Below, in pieces: positions 34,933-48,458 of a stretch of DNA of 64,000 nt. The notes below the pieces were generated by a model that saw only the letters and a program-made list of their open reading frames with translations, did no database searches and was not told where the DNA came from. The position numbers and the translations under genes are program-made. Numbering within the stretch: position 1 is the first letter of the stretch; the number at the start of each line of letters is the position of its first letter. The DNA comes from the human T2T-CHM13v2.0 reference genome, Homo sapiens: NCBI RefSeq assembly GCF_009914755.1, contig NC_060927.1. One strand, 5' to 3'.

Positions 34933-35222
34933 GGCTGGGCACGGTGGCTCATGCCTGTAATCCCAGCACTTTGGGAGGCCAGGGCGGGTGGATCATGAGG
35001 TCAGGAGTTCGAGACCAGCCTGGCCAACATGGTGAAATCCCGTCTCTACTAAAAATACAAAAATTAGCTGGGCGTGTGGCACACACTTGTAATCCCAGTT
35101 ACTTGGGAGACTAAGGCAGGGAGCATTGCTTGAACCCAGGAGGCAGAGGTTGCGGTGAGCCCAGATGCACTCTAGCCTGGTGACAGAGTGAGACTCCATC
35201 TCAAAAAAAAAAAAAAAAAAAA
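34933..35222 (+). mobile_element. Alu (AluS-like)
   Basis: Sense Alu with A tail. Confidence 0.95.
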
Positions 35223-36997
35223 GGAACACTCATTGTATTTAATTACCTTATCCTGTAGGCTCAGGTGGGGCTAGAATATAGGGAAAGCAACGATAATTCA
35301 CTTGGTTCTGATGTCATCTTGAACTTGGACTCCTAAAACATTGACTGTCAACTCTTCCCCAAACTAATTACTCCTGTTAATTACACTTGGCATGCTCATG
35401 TCTGCCCCTTCATAAGATCTTTTCCGCAAGAGACTAACCAAAAAGAGTGCAGATTATTATTGATTTCCTTAGAGTATTGTTCCTACCAAGAAATTTAAGA
35501 CAGTTTCACCATGTACCAGTGCTTATGTACCAGATCACCAGAAATCTGACACCTTCTCCAGATCAGATCATGTCTGTCCCACTTCTTGGGCACATAAAGC
35601 CCTCCTCAACATGATCTAACTGCCCTGGAATAAATAGTTCCCCAGTGTTTGCTTAGCTATTGGACTATACAATTTATGTTTCATGTCTACTGTGTCTCAG
35701 AGGCAGCCTTTTCTGGTTTCACACCTCAGGACTTACTCCCTAATAATCTAGTGACAGCAGTGTGTTAATCTAGGAGAAATAAAACCACACACGCTTTAGG
35801 ATATTTTGGGGCTTGGGCCACTGCAAGAAAACAATCTCCTCAATTAGCTTAATTAGCTTGTCTTGCAAAGAAAAAGTTTAAAATTGGAGAAAATTATGTG
35901 AGTCTGAATCCCAGCTTCACCTCTCATTCCTTTGAGGTATTCCTGACTGGGTTCCAGGACTGTGTCACTTCCTCCGGGAAGTTTTCCCTAACCCTTGCAG
36001 TATCCAACAAGTGCTCTTTCTTCATGCCTTCTCTATTCTCTGTTTACTTCAATCACAGTGAAATGTAATTGTTTGTGTGACAGCTTCAAAGTCAGGGAGT
36101 GTGTTTTTTTTTCCTGCCTCATCCTGATGCCCTGCAGAGGGCATACCCATAATAGTTACTTAGTAAATGGTTTGTTGAATTGCTAAGCTTGGCACTGTTG
36201 GTATCCCTATCATAGTCCTTTCACCATTATCTTAATTTTTGCCTCCTGCTGGTCTGGCTTTGAGAATGGAACAGCTGACAAGAACAGTTTTTCCTTTGAG
36301 AAGACTGCAGTCATCAGTGCAGTGGTTGTCCTCAAGGTGTACTGTCCTTCCAGCTGGCACAGGCTTCCTCCAGTCTTCACATTAGACCAGCCTGGACTAA
36401 GTTGCTTCATACATTTTACTTCTTTTCTCTTCCCCTAACAGGGTTCAAAAAAGTTAAAAGGTCCTAAGTGCACATGGCTGGTGTAGCTGGTGGACAGGGT
36501 CTAGGCCTTCACCCAGAAGGTCATGAGCTTAGGAGCAAGCAGCAGGTGGAGGCCTAGGAAAGGGAGGCTTCCCTGGGAGGGGAGTTGCAACACCTACAGA
36601 GCTTCCACCAAAGAGACTACATTGTTGAAGGAACATTGTGGTTTGTCACAAGAGCTTCTCTTAGAAATGAGATTTTCAAGAAAAATAATAAGTTACATTT
36701 TCTCTTTGATTTGATAGTATGACCTATACAAAATAGCTGCCTTTGACCAGCTATGGCTTCCCATAGCTCAGGAAGAAACCACCAAAGTGTTGGGGTTCTC
36801 TTTTGCCTAAGGTAGATTTTGTTTGGGTGTGGTTACTGTTACTAGCAATGATGTCAGCAGATGAGAAATCAGGGCATTGAGAGTGGAACCTGTGAGAATC
36901 CATGTACCTTCAAGTGAAAAATTGCCCAAGCTCTTGAGACAGCTTGACTCTGGGACTTCAGAGCTTTCCTGACTGTTGGCCCTTTGTTCTTTTCCAG

Positions 36998-37093
36998 ACA
37001 CTGTGCATCTTAGCCAACATAGCGGATGGGACAACAGCAAAAGATCTTATTATGACCAATGATGATATCCTACAGAAAATCAAGTATTACATG
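36998..37093 (+). CDS. ARMC8: ARMC8 exon [32 protein letters not shown]
   Basis: ttttccAG / ATG|gtgagc; 96 nt, phase 0-0. Confidence 0.96.
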
Positions 37094-37849
37094 GTGAGCC
37101 CTTGTCCCCTTTCACCGTAGGATTAGAATGCAGGGACTGTTGCATTTTTAACTCAAAATAAATTGTGCAGAGATTTTAAAAAGAGGAAAAGAATAGATTA
37201 CTCTGTGACTCCTCAGATTCAAAGAACTCTCTTCCATCCTGAAGAAAAAGGAAAAAACACCAACTCCTTGAAGCTTGTACCACTTGGTAATATTATTACC
37301 TGCCAGTCGACTCCCTGCCCTTGTCATCTACTGGTTGCCTCCCTCTTACTGAGTGAAGACCCGGGCTCTTGGCTTTCTCTCAGTGGCCTCCAGTCCCTGT
37401 CTTCCGTCTCAAGGCTTCAGTCCCATGGTGGATGAACCCTCTAGCCCCCTGGCACCATAGTTCCTTTACCTGTTTGCTTCTAAACAATCTGCTACCTACT
37501 GCCATGGCCATATCCTGCATCTGATCATCACCAGAGACTGCCCATTGCCAAAATGTGGGTATCAAAAAGCCCTCCACTTCTCATTCTGTCAACATCTCCT
37601 GACAAAATTCTAATCATGGAGGAAGCCTCCCCTTGTCACACCTATCTGTCTTCTCTATCCCTGCCATGTCAGAGTTAACAACTGCAGAGAAAGGCACAGA
37701 ACCCCACATGGGCACAGCTCCTCCTAGTGTCCTTCAGTGATTCTCTAGGAAGCTGGCACCCTCATTCTCCATGAGAATATATTCTTACCTGCCCCTCATT
37801 CTTTAGACCTCACCTCTTCCCTCCCCCATTACAGTTAGTGATGACCTCA

Positions 37850-40090
37850 GCTTTTTGTCTTATTAAGAGAAGAGAAACTAAAATCCTTCAGTGGCTCCTT
37901 GTTATACCTTGAATAAAGTTCGTATGCCTTTATGATGGCCTGTCAAGTCCTACGTGACCTAACCCATTCATATCCCCAACTTATCTTATTCCTCTCTTCC
38001 TTTGTTCACTACACTGGCCACTTGAAGTTTCTCAAAAAGGCCACGTTCTTTCCTTCCTTGGGACCTTCACACATACTGGCTTCTCTGCCTGGAACACTTT
38101 TCTTCTCTCTGTTTCACCCTTCAAATCTCAGCTGAACTTATACTTTCTTACTGGACTCTTGCCCTTATAGATTATTCCTCATTACTGCATTTTGTTCACT
38201 TCCTTCAGAGCACTTAGCTCAGTTTTAGTGATATATGTTTGTGTGCCTACTGGGTGTCTTTACCACAGCGTAAGTTCCATGAGGGCAGGGACCATGTCAG
38301 CTTTGTGCACAACTGTATATCCACCATGGTGTCTGGCCCTTAGCATATGCTTGGTAAATATTTGTTGAATGAAAACCTTACCACTTCAACCAGGGATTCC
38401 CTTATCTTTCCAATACTAATCCACACTGTATCCATAATCACTTAAAAAGTTTTCCTTAACTTCTCATACCCATCGAGACATACCCATTTCTCTGTTATTC
38501 AAAGACAAAGCCAAACTTCTTTTTATTTTGAGACAGGGTCTCACTCTGTCACCCAGACTAGAGTGCAGTGACGCGATCTTGGCTCACCACAACTTCCACC
38601 TGTAGGTTCAAGCGATTCTCCTGCCTCAGCCTCCTGAGTAGCTGGGATTACAGGCGCGGCACTATTGCCCGGCTAATTTTTGTATTTTTAGAAGAGATGG
38701 GGTTTCACCATGTTGGCCAGGCTGGTCTCAAACTCCTGATCTCAAATGATCCACCTGTCTCGGCCTCCCAAAGTGCTGGGATTACAGGCATGAGCCACTG
38801 CGCCCAGCCTTCAAAGCCAGACTTCTTAAAAGCATCTTTTCTGTACATACTGCCTCCTCCTCTGCCTCTAAAGTCATTTTTTAACCTCCTCTGTTTCACC
38901 TCTACCCCCATCATTCAACTGAAACTTAGGGCCACCAATGACTTCCATGATGCCAAATCCAAAGGATCCTTTTCTCTTTTCATCTTACCCCACTTACAGC
39001 AGACTTCAACCCAGCTGACTATTTCCTCCTCCTGGAAATATCCTTTTCTCTTGGCTTGCGTGACACCATACCTCCCTACCTATCTCTGGACCCTTTTCTC
39101 TTCTCTTCTACACGTGCTCTCCTGAGATCAGCAGATCACAACCTTCATTGTACAATAGGACCTCGTAGGGAGCTTTCAAAGATTACTGCTTTGTCTCCTC
39201 CCTCCCAAGATTCTTATTTAATAGATCTAGGGTTATAGCCTGGGCATCAGGATTTTTTTTTAAGATCACTGGGTGGTTCTTACGTACAGACAGAGTTGAG
39301 AACCATTGCCTTAGGAGAATCTCATCCACCCCCATAGCTTATACTATCATCACTGTGCTGACAATACACTGTAATTTCCAAATGTGTTTCCCAGCCTAGA
39401 CCTCTCTTCCAAACTCTGGACTTACATATCCGCCTGCCCTTTCAGCATCTCCATGTGGCTGTCTGATAGCATCTTGGAATCTATCTTGATTTCTCCAGCT
39501 CTGTCCCCTCATTCACTCAATTTATCAACAAGTCCTATCTGCCCTTCTTCCAAAACTGATCTTGAATCCAATTACTCCTTTTCATCACCACTGCCCCCAC
39601 CCTAGTCAGTCCAAGTCACAGCACCTTATGCCTGATTAACTATATAACAGTATCTTCCTTGACACTTCCTCACTGTCACTCCAATCCCTTCAGCCCAACT
39701 GGTCTTCTAAAAATGTAAATCAGATCTTGTCCCTCCACTGTTTAAATCTTTCAGGGGCTTCCTCTCAACACAGAATGAAATCCAGAGTCCTTACTGTGGC
39801 CTACAAGTTGGCACAATTTGGCTACACCTACTTCTCTGAACAGACAGCTCCTTCTTACTTCAGACCTTTTCAGGAACTTTTTCTCCTGCTTGGAATTTCA
39901 AGCCCCTTGCTCTTTGCACATCTGGCACCTTCCTATTCTTTAAGTCTCTGTTTAAGTATTGCCACCCTCAAAGAGATCTGTTTTGTGCATTCCACCTAAA
40001 TTAAGTTCCCACCCCTCCACCCTCCAATTTTCTCTATCCTCATAGTAATTTGTGTCCTTAAAAAATATTGAATGATGAATAAACTTATGC
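37850..40090 (+). mobile_element. Cluster of L2 fragments with Alu and MER5 insertions
   Basis: Pyrimidine-rich L2 body text and 3' ends (taagttccatgagggcaggga...aaatatttgttgaatgaa). Confidence 0.6.
38519..38809 (-). mobile_element. Alu (AluS-like)
   Basis: Antisense Alu; TSD caaagcca.acttctt. Confidence 0.95.
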
Positions 40091-41186
40091 ATAGTAAATG
40101 CATATTTGTTATAGTATATACAAGCTCATTTATTCAACAAATATTGATTGATTGTCTGAGGCTGGGAGCAGATAAGTTTTATTCTGTTTTGTCTTAAGGG
40201 AGCCCAAACTGGACATCTCCTTAAAAGTGTTGGCAGTTAGAAGAAGAAAGAATCACTAGCCATAGAATTCTACTGGAGGAAGCCACATCCATTTCTTTGT
40301 CTCTGCTTAGTTGAAATATAGTCCTACATGAGAAGATAAGTCTGTCTTAGCCTTGAAAAAACCATTGAGCATATTTTGCCATTGATACTCTCTCAGATGT
40401 GCATAAATTATTTGAACATACTAGAAATTTTTTTTATTGACCAATAGGACAATCATCTATAAAGTTTATTTTATTATTGAGTCCTTTTTCATTCAGGCGA
40501 AAACACCCTATCCAAAGCAACCAGAAATGGTTGTACTTTCAGTACATAAAGCAAAATAAATAAGAATTGTATTTAGAAGAATAGGAGGCTCATTAGTGAT
40601 AGTAAAGACATTTGAGAAATCAACTAGCGATTTCATCAAGTTTTTGGGGATATTCCTTTAGAAATAGGAGTAATTTAATTATTCCAGAAGCTGAATGTAT
40701 TATATAATGCTTCTTGTTTTCAGCAAGTTGTGTCAGAGGAGTAAGCCATTTATAGATTGTGTGTGTGTGAAAGTCTAGGTGTTACAGAACTTCATGACCA
40801 TATATTCACTTTCTTCCCCAAAGGAATTATTGGGCCATTTGAATAAGATAACCAGTAGCTTAAGAGATAAATACCAAATGCACATCCACCCAGTGTATGT
40901 TGGCTGTTGGTGACCTGGAAACATAGCCTAAGTCGAAAGCATAGAATTGTCATATGACAGTGTTTCCTCGTGCATGGATTGAATCATAAATTGCAAACTG
41001 TACCCATAGCCCTAGAGGTGTTTTGTTTGTCCAGCCAGATGGTTTTTTAAATTTGAATTTGCATGTCTTTTGGCAAGGCTTGTACTCCTCAATTTGCCAG
41101 ATTCTCCACTGTCCCTTGTTATCTTTAGCCCAACCCTTCTACTCATTAGTGTTAACTTCATGGCCCCTCAAGACATTTGAGTTTGA

Positions 41187-41502
<316 letters not shown>

Positions 41503-41613
41503 CTGCTTCAGACTTTTAGGTTATAGGAATTGGCTATGGTAGGTCCCCCCAAAAAAAAATCTAAAATGAGATTACCACCATTTTGATTTTTTTTTCTTTT
41601 TCTGTATTAATAG

Positions 41614-41686
41614 GGCCATTCACATGTTAAACTGCAGCTTGCAGCCATGTTTTGTATATCAAACCTCATATGGAATGAAGAGGAAG
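41614..41686 (+). CDS. ARMC8: ARMC8 exon [24 protein letters not shown](G)
   Basis: Long U tract ...taatAG / G|gtaaga; 73 nt. Confidence 0.96.
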
Positions 41687-42159
41687 GTAAGAGATTGGTG
41701 AGATTTGTTTTGAAAAAAATTATGGGAAGAGTGTCTTGCACAGGGAAGCTAGCAGGTGCCCCTGAGATCCTGGGCAGAGGCTCTGTTCTTGGACCATCTG
41801 GCCCAAGCACCCTCTAGAGTTGCCCTGGTATGAGAATCAGTGGAACTAGCCCAAGTCAGCTGGGCAGTCAACACTGAGTGCCCCGTTGGAGCCAACTCTA
41901 TACCAGATTCAAGGAGGGAGAGTGAGAAGTAAGTGACAGTCCCTGCCAGGAGAGAGCTGATGAGGAGGATGGTGAGATGCACTTGAAGAAGGTGAGAGGA
42001 GAGAGTGGGTGGGAGGATGAGCCTTTCGTTTTGAGCAGAGGAAGCACATATGAGGACTACAGGCAGATAAGCATGATGGAGAAGAAGGTGCATTTGTGAG
42101 AAATGAGAAGTGCAATGTGACCAGTGAAGCAGCTAGTCTGTAAGGAGGCCTGTATAGAT

Positions 42160-42430
42160 CAGAGGTTCTTTACTTTGGCTGCATATTAGAATCACCTGGG
42201 AATTTTTACACCAGGCCAATTAAATCAGAATCTCTCGGGGTGGGCTCCAGGCATAAGTGGTTCTTAAAGCTCCCCAGATGATTCCAATATATAGCCAAGG
42301 TAGCAAATACAGGAGAGCAGTGGGTCTCAAGGCTGGGTTGGCTGCATTAGAATCACCTGGGGAAGTTTTTAAAGTGCAGATTTCTGGGCCCCATCCCTAG
42401 AAATTCTGATTCACTGAGTCTAGAGAGAGC
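42160..42430. mobile_element. Two adjacent MER5A-type fragments
   Basis: ggctgcatattagaatcacctggg...aaatcagaatctct..gggtggg..ccaggcat...aagctccccagatgattc, followed by a second ggctgcattagaatcacctgggg. Confidence 0.75.
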
Positions 42431-43111
42431 CAGTATATGAGTGGTCACTGTGGGCTCTTCAGTGGGGAAGACTCCAGGGGATTACTCAGCAGCAGCGCCC
42501 AAAACAAAGTGCAAGAAGGGAAACTGGATTCCGCCCACAGACCTAGATACCACGTACCACTTGTGTACTGGGGAGACAAAGCCACCCTCAAGGAGATGTT
42601 AGTCTAGTTGGAAGATAGAACAGAATGATATGAAATTGGAAGTGCCAGCTGTGCTGAGAGGCAACAAAAAGTGCTGGGAGGACAGAGGAGGGTAGAAGAC
42701 AATAGAAAGGGGAAGATAAGACCTGCTTAGAGTAGTAAGAGCCTGGCCTGGTCTGGCCAGGGCCATGGGTATGTCCTGAAAGAAGTGGTGAAGCTGGGAG
42801 TCAGTGGCAGAGGGCCTTGTACCAGGCTGAAGAATCTCACCTTGACCCTGTAGTCCATGGAGAAATCAGTCCAACTGCAGAACCCAGGATAGACTGCAGG
42901 CAGGATGATCAGGAGGCAGAGAGACGAGTTAGAAGACTGTCAGAGAGTCCAAGCATGAGCGGGTCCAACTACATTGGGAGAGGGTAGAGGACAAGGGGTA
43001 CAGGAGGAGTAGGGAGTGAAGGACACTGGTAAGGCTCTAGATTGTTAATTGTACATCAAAGAGAGCATTTGCCTGGGTCATGTTCCCAGTAACCTGGCTT
43101 TAATCGTTTAG

Positions 43112-43205
43112 GTTCACAAGAACGCCAGGATAAATTACGAGACATGGGCATCGTAGATATTCTACACAAACTGAGTCAGTCACCAGATTCAAACCTTTGT
43201 GACAA
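43112..43205 (+). CDS. ARMC8: ARMC8 exon [30 protein letters not shown](K)
   Basis: cgtttAG / AA|gtgagt; 94 nt. Confidence 0.96.
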
Positions 43206-43999
43206 GTGAGTATGAATGTGAAAAGGCCTTGCTTTGGGCTGTGTTGGATTCTTTCGTGAAAGGGTTTGAATTGCTTGGTAATTAATGGCCATACTTTTTA
43301 AAATCTTTTAGATTCTTAGATTTTCTTCATAATTTTCTATGAGCCACTGTACGACATTTGAGTGAGCTGTAAACTAATAATTACCAAATTATTAAAGACT
43401 CTCATCTTATTGTGAATTCACGTGAGTCTGGGCCATCTTAGTGGATTGGATCCAGAGGCCATTTGCGTACATTCGCCTGATCATTAGAATAGACATGCAT
43501 GTGGCATTTTGGAAAGCAGAAAAACCAGTAATGCAAACATTCATTAGCTCAAAACCTCACTGAACACCCGTTTTGTGCCAGGCTGGCCCAGCTCCTGGGG
43601 ATACAAAAGCTACCACTAAGGAATCACTGTCCTCAAAGAGCTCATCATTTCCTGGTAGAGTCAAGAGTTATAATCAGATACTCAGCTAACCTCAAAATAG
43701 CCATAAATGCTCTTCCTAGCTGTGTGTTCTCCCTTGTAACAGCCTTCACTTTCCATTTCACCTTTGTATAATAACAAATCAGGGAACATCAGTACTTTTG
43801 AGTCTCTAGACTCTTGAGCATGGCTTAGAAGCCCTTCAGCCCTTAATGGTCTGGCTCTGCCTTTCTCATCTTCTCTGCACCCACCATGTACACCCCATAC
43901 TGCAGCCATACCTGTCCGCTTACAGTAGCACACCTTCGTGCATTTACACATTCTGTTCCATCTACTTTGCTATCCCAGTCTCCTCTCCTCTGAGTCCCC

Positions 44000-45520
44000 A
44001 TTCATTCATCAGATATCTCTTTTGAATACCTGCCTTCTGCCAGGCATTGTTTTAGGCACTGGAGATATAATGGTGAATAAAATTGATGAAGTCTTTGCCC
44101 TCGTGTAACTTACATTCTAGTATAGAAGATAGATGATAAGCAAATGAATACGTAACACAGTATCAGGTGATGAGAGGTACCATGAAGAAAAATAAAGCAA
44201 GGTGAAGGAATGGAGAATCAAGAAAATTTATTTTAGGTTAGCTAGTAAAGATCTCTCTGAGGATGACATGATCAGAGACCTGAATGAAATAAGGAAGATT
44301 TCATCTGGGCAAATGCATAGAGGAAGAGTATTACAGACAGGGGTGATAGTGGGTTCAAAGGCCCTGAAGCAGGAGTGAACTTGGTATGTTCAAGAAACAG
44401 CAAGAAGAACAGAGGGCTAATGAAAAATATGGAGAGGGAGAATGCTAATAGGTGGAAGAATCCAGACCATGAAGAGCCTTGTAGGTAAGGTAAGGACTTT
44501 GGCTTTTATTCAGAGTTTAATAGGAAATCATTGGAGACTGTTAAGGAGAGGAGACATTATCTGATTTGAATTCCTTTTTTCCTTTTCCTTTTTCTTTTTT
44601 TCTTTCTTTTCTTTTCTTTCGAGATGGAGTTTCACTCTTGTTGCCCAGGCTGGAGTGCAATGGCGTGATCTTGGCTCACTGAAACCTCTGCCTCCTGAGT
44701 TCAAGTGATTCTCCTGCCTCAGCCTCCCAGGTAGCTGGGATTACAGGCGCCTGCCACCACGCCCAGCTAATTTTTTTGTATTTTTAGTAGAGACAGGGTT
44801 TTACCATGTTGGCCAGGCTGGTCTCAAACTTCTGACCTCAGATCATCCACCCACCTCGGCTTCCCAAAGTGCTGGGATGACAGGCGTGAGCCACCACGCC
44901 GGGCCCTGATTTGAATTTTTAAAAGATCACTCTGGTGACTTACAGAGAACCATCTGTAGGAGGGCAAGAATGGAGGCACAGAGACCAGTTAAAGGCCATT
45001 GTAATAATGTCGGTAAGGGAGTGGGGGGATTAGTATTGGAAGTATTGAGAAGTGGTTGGATTCAGGATTTAATCTGAAGATAAGCACCAACGGGACTTAC
45101 TCACAGATTCAGTACAGGATGTTAAAGAGAGGAAAGGAAAATGTCTAGGGTTTTAGCCTGAGCAACTGGACAGAGGGTGTTGCCATATACCAAGATGGTG
45201 AGGAATATAGAAGTGGGTTGCGGTAGGGAGCATCAAGAGTTCTTGTTTGGGTATGCCAGCGTTAAGATGCATATTAGATATCCAAGGGACTTGGAAGAGC
45301 AGGGCTATAAATCTGAATGGTATTTAAAGCCATGGAGCTGGATGAAGTCTCTTAGAGCAAGTAAAAAGAGAGAAAGGAGGACTAAGGACCAAGATCTAGA
45401 GTCCCTCCAGCATTTAGGCAGTGATGAGAAAGATGCAGCAAAGGAGCAGAAGGAACAGCTAGTGAGGCAGGCAGAGACTCAGGCGCATAAGGTGTCCAGA
45501 AAACAAAGGAAAAAGATGCC
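44000..45520 (-). mobile_element. L2 (antisense), interrupted by an Alu
   Basis: ttcattcatc...tgccaggcattgttttaggcactggagata... is the antisense L2 3' end, followed by purine-rich body. Confidence 0.75.
44575..44906 (-). mobile_element. Alu (AluS-like)
   Basis: Antisense Alu; TSD ctgatttgaatt. Confidence 0.95.
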
Positions 45521-45825
45521 TGGACGGTGGCCGTTTATCCTTCAAAACTCATATCAGGTTGCTATGTCCTCCAAAAAGCCTTGCCTGACCCACTCTCCAC
45601 CCTCCCCTCCAGGCTTTGCCAGGGATGCCTTTTGTGCTCCTGTAGCATCTGTAGAACACGTCACACTGTGTCTTGGCTGTCAGGTTGTCTGCTCCACTGA
45701 AGGGGAGAGGAACTTAACTAACTCCTCTGAAGTAAATGGCTCTTCCAGATTGTGAAGCACACAGGACAGGCTAGGCCTCTGCTTCCCCGAAGCTTACCAT
45801 CCTGTAGGCTAAAGAAGAATAACTA

Positions 45826-46120
<295 letters not shown>

Positions 46121-47404
46121 GGAAGAAGAACTAAAAAACTGCAGCCCAAGGCTGCTGGTCAGATGAGTGTACCATCAAAGTCAAGTCCATCCACATGCTG
46201 AAGGCTGGATCTGAGCTTGTACCTTGAGGACTGGAACCTCCACCTCCACAGCTGCTGGCATAAACAGTGGGCTCTGTCAGCCCATCTTTTCTACCTGAGA
46301 GCCAGGTTGTTCACTGGGGGTTTTATCTCATATTTATTCAGAAGTAAAAACAAATTTTACTTAAAATCATCTCAAGGATGACATAGGATGGTAGGATAGG
46401 CCTTACCAGCATCAAGTGGGATAGGTTTAGCCTGCTTGCTTAGACCACTCTGGTGCTGTTTTCACATAAGTTTTTAGCTCTTCTTAAACGTAAACCGTAA
46501 AATAATAGAATCAAGGTCTGAGCTACCCAACCTGAGTCCATCTAAGAAAGGGTGATCTTGCCTCCAAAACCATTCTTCTAAAAAGACTCCTTAGATAATG
46601 ACAGTAGAAAGACAATAAAGGTACAGTCTCTGAGACCCAAAATAATCAAACCTAGCCAACCTCTGAATAAGATCCAGAAGGAGTTTGAATTTGGCAGATT
46701 TAAAGAGCAATACAGAATTTCAATCAAGACCCTCAGTTAAGTACAGTAAGGTCTATCACCTGAAGAATATATCTCTCAGGTTCCTTTTGTCGTTAAGACT
46801 TTGATCCTTTGACTTTCAGATGCTTACAGATGAGAAGCTATTGCTAACCAGCCCTCTCCACCCAGGCTTGGAGGGCTTCAGGGTTGCAGGGTCCCAGAGC
46901 TCCCGCCTCCATCAGAACTGCTCTTCTCAGCCTCTTTAAGTATTTGGGGAGTCAGGTGGATGGTCTGTGGCATCATTCATAAACTTGTTTCTGAAAATGT
47001 CCTTGTAGAACCCTACTTGCTCATAACTTGGAGATAATCTTTCTAGAGCTTTCTGTTCTGATGGATTGGACTATTCACAATATCATCTTTAGAGTCTTAT
47101 ATAATTGCAAGAATACACCTTAGTATACCACTTAAAAAACTGTTGTGTCCATTACTGCAGAAACTGCACTTGAATCCAGCTTATTGTATGCATAGTCTAC
47201 TTGGTATTAGTTTGATCAGCTATTGTACCTGAACATTGTAGACTTTCTTTCCATAGCTTAGAAGAGACCATTGCTGAAACCTGACTTCCTAACTCCCACG
47301 ATTACAGCCTCTTTAGAAACTTTACCATGTTTGTGATAGGAATAGTAAAGGAGGCCTCCTTGGGCCCACCTCAAAGGAGGCCACTTTTACAAGGATCAGG
47401 ATAG

Positions 47405-47834
<430 letters not shown>

Positions 47835-48424
47835 TGATCAGTTATGGTGTCATCAGGTGTGATGAGAAGAACAAGATGAAATTGTAGCCTTCTTCCACGG
47901 TTCTGAGGCATGTGAAGCATAAGACAGCCTCATCCCATGGGCTCTTGGCCCCTTCCATGCACCTTCTAATCACCTCAACACCATTTCCTCGGTCAGTTTT
48001 CTTATTTGCTTCCCAGAACCCTAAGTGTTCTCCCTAGTGTTGTGCCTCACTGCATAAAACCTACATGGCAGTAAGAAAAAGTAAAGAATGTAAGACCTAT
48101 CACAACTATATGCCAGTGACAAAAGAAAACATAGAATGTCAGCACATACCAGGGACTGTGGAATGTCACTGAGCTGCAGCAGGTTTAAGTGCAGGAACAG
48201 CCCTCTGAGAGATCCACAGGAAGAAGAATATAGCCAGAGTAGATTTCAGGTGTCTACCCACTGCAGATCTCTTCCCCTTAAGGTAGGTGCCCACCTGGGC
48301 TCACCCCAATTCCCTCTGGAGATTTACTTTTTTAGACTTCCCCAGCTATCATCATTGAACCATAGGGTTTTTTACCCCAATTACAATTCTGAGATGATGG
48401 CTAACAGGAATTTTGTGATTTCAG

Positions 48425-48458
48425 GGCAAAGATGGCACTGCAGCAGTACCTGGCATGA
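48425..48458 (+). CDS. ARMC8: ARMC8 last coding exon (K)AKMALQQYLA*
   Basis: tgatttcAG acceptor, CTAAC branch-like motif at 48401, TGA at 48456-48458. Confidence 0.95.

Noticed and set aside
45177-45755. 192-aa ORF
   Set aside because: Lies largely in antisense L2-derived purine-rich sequence; no recognisable domain or splice context
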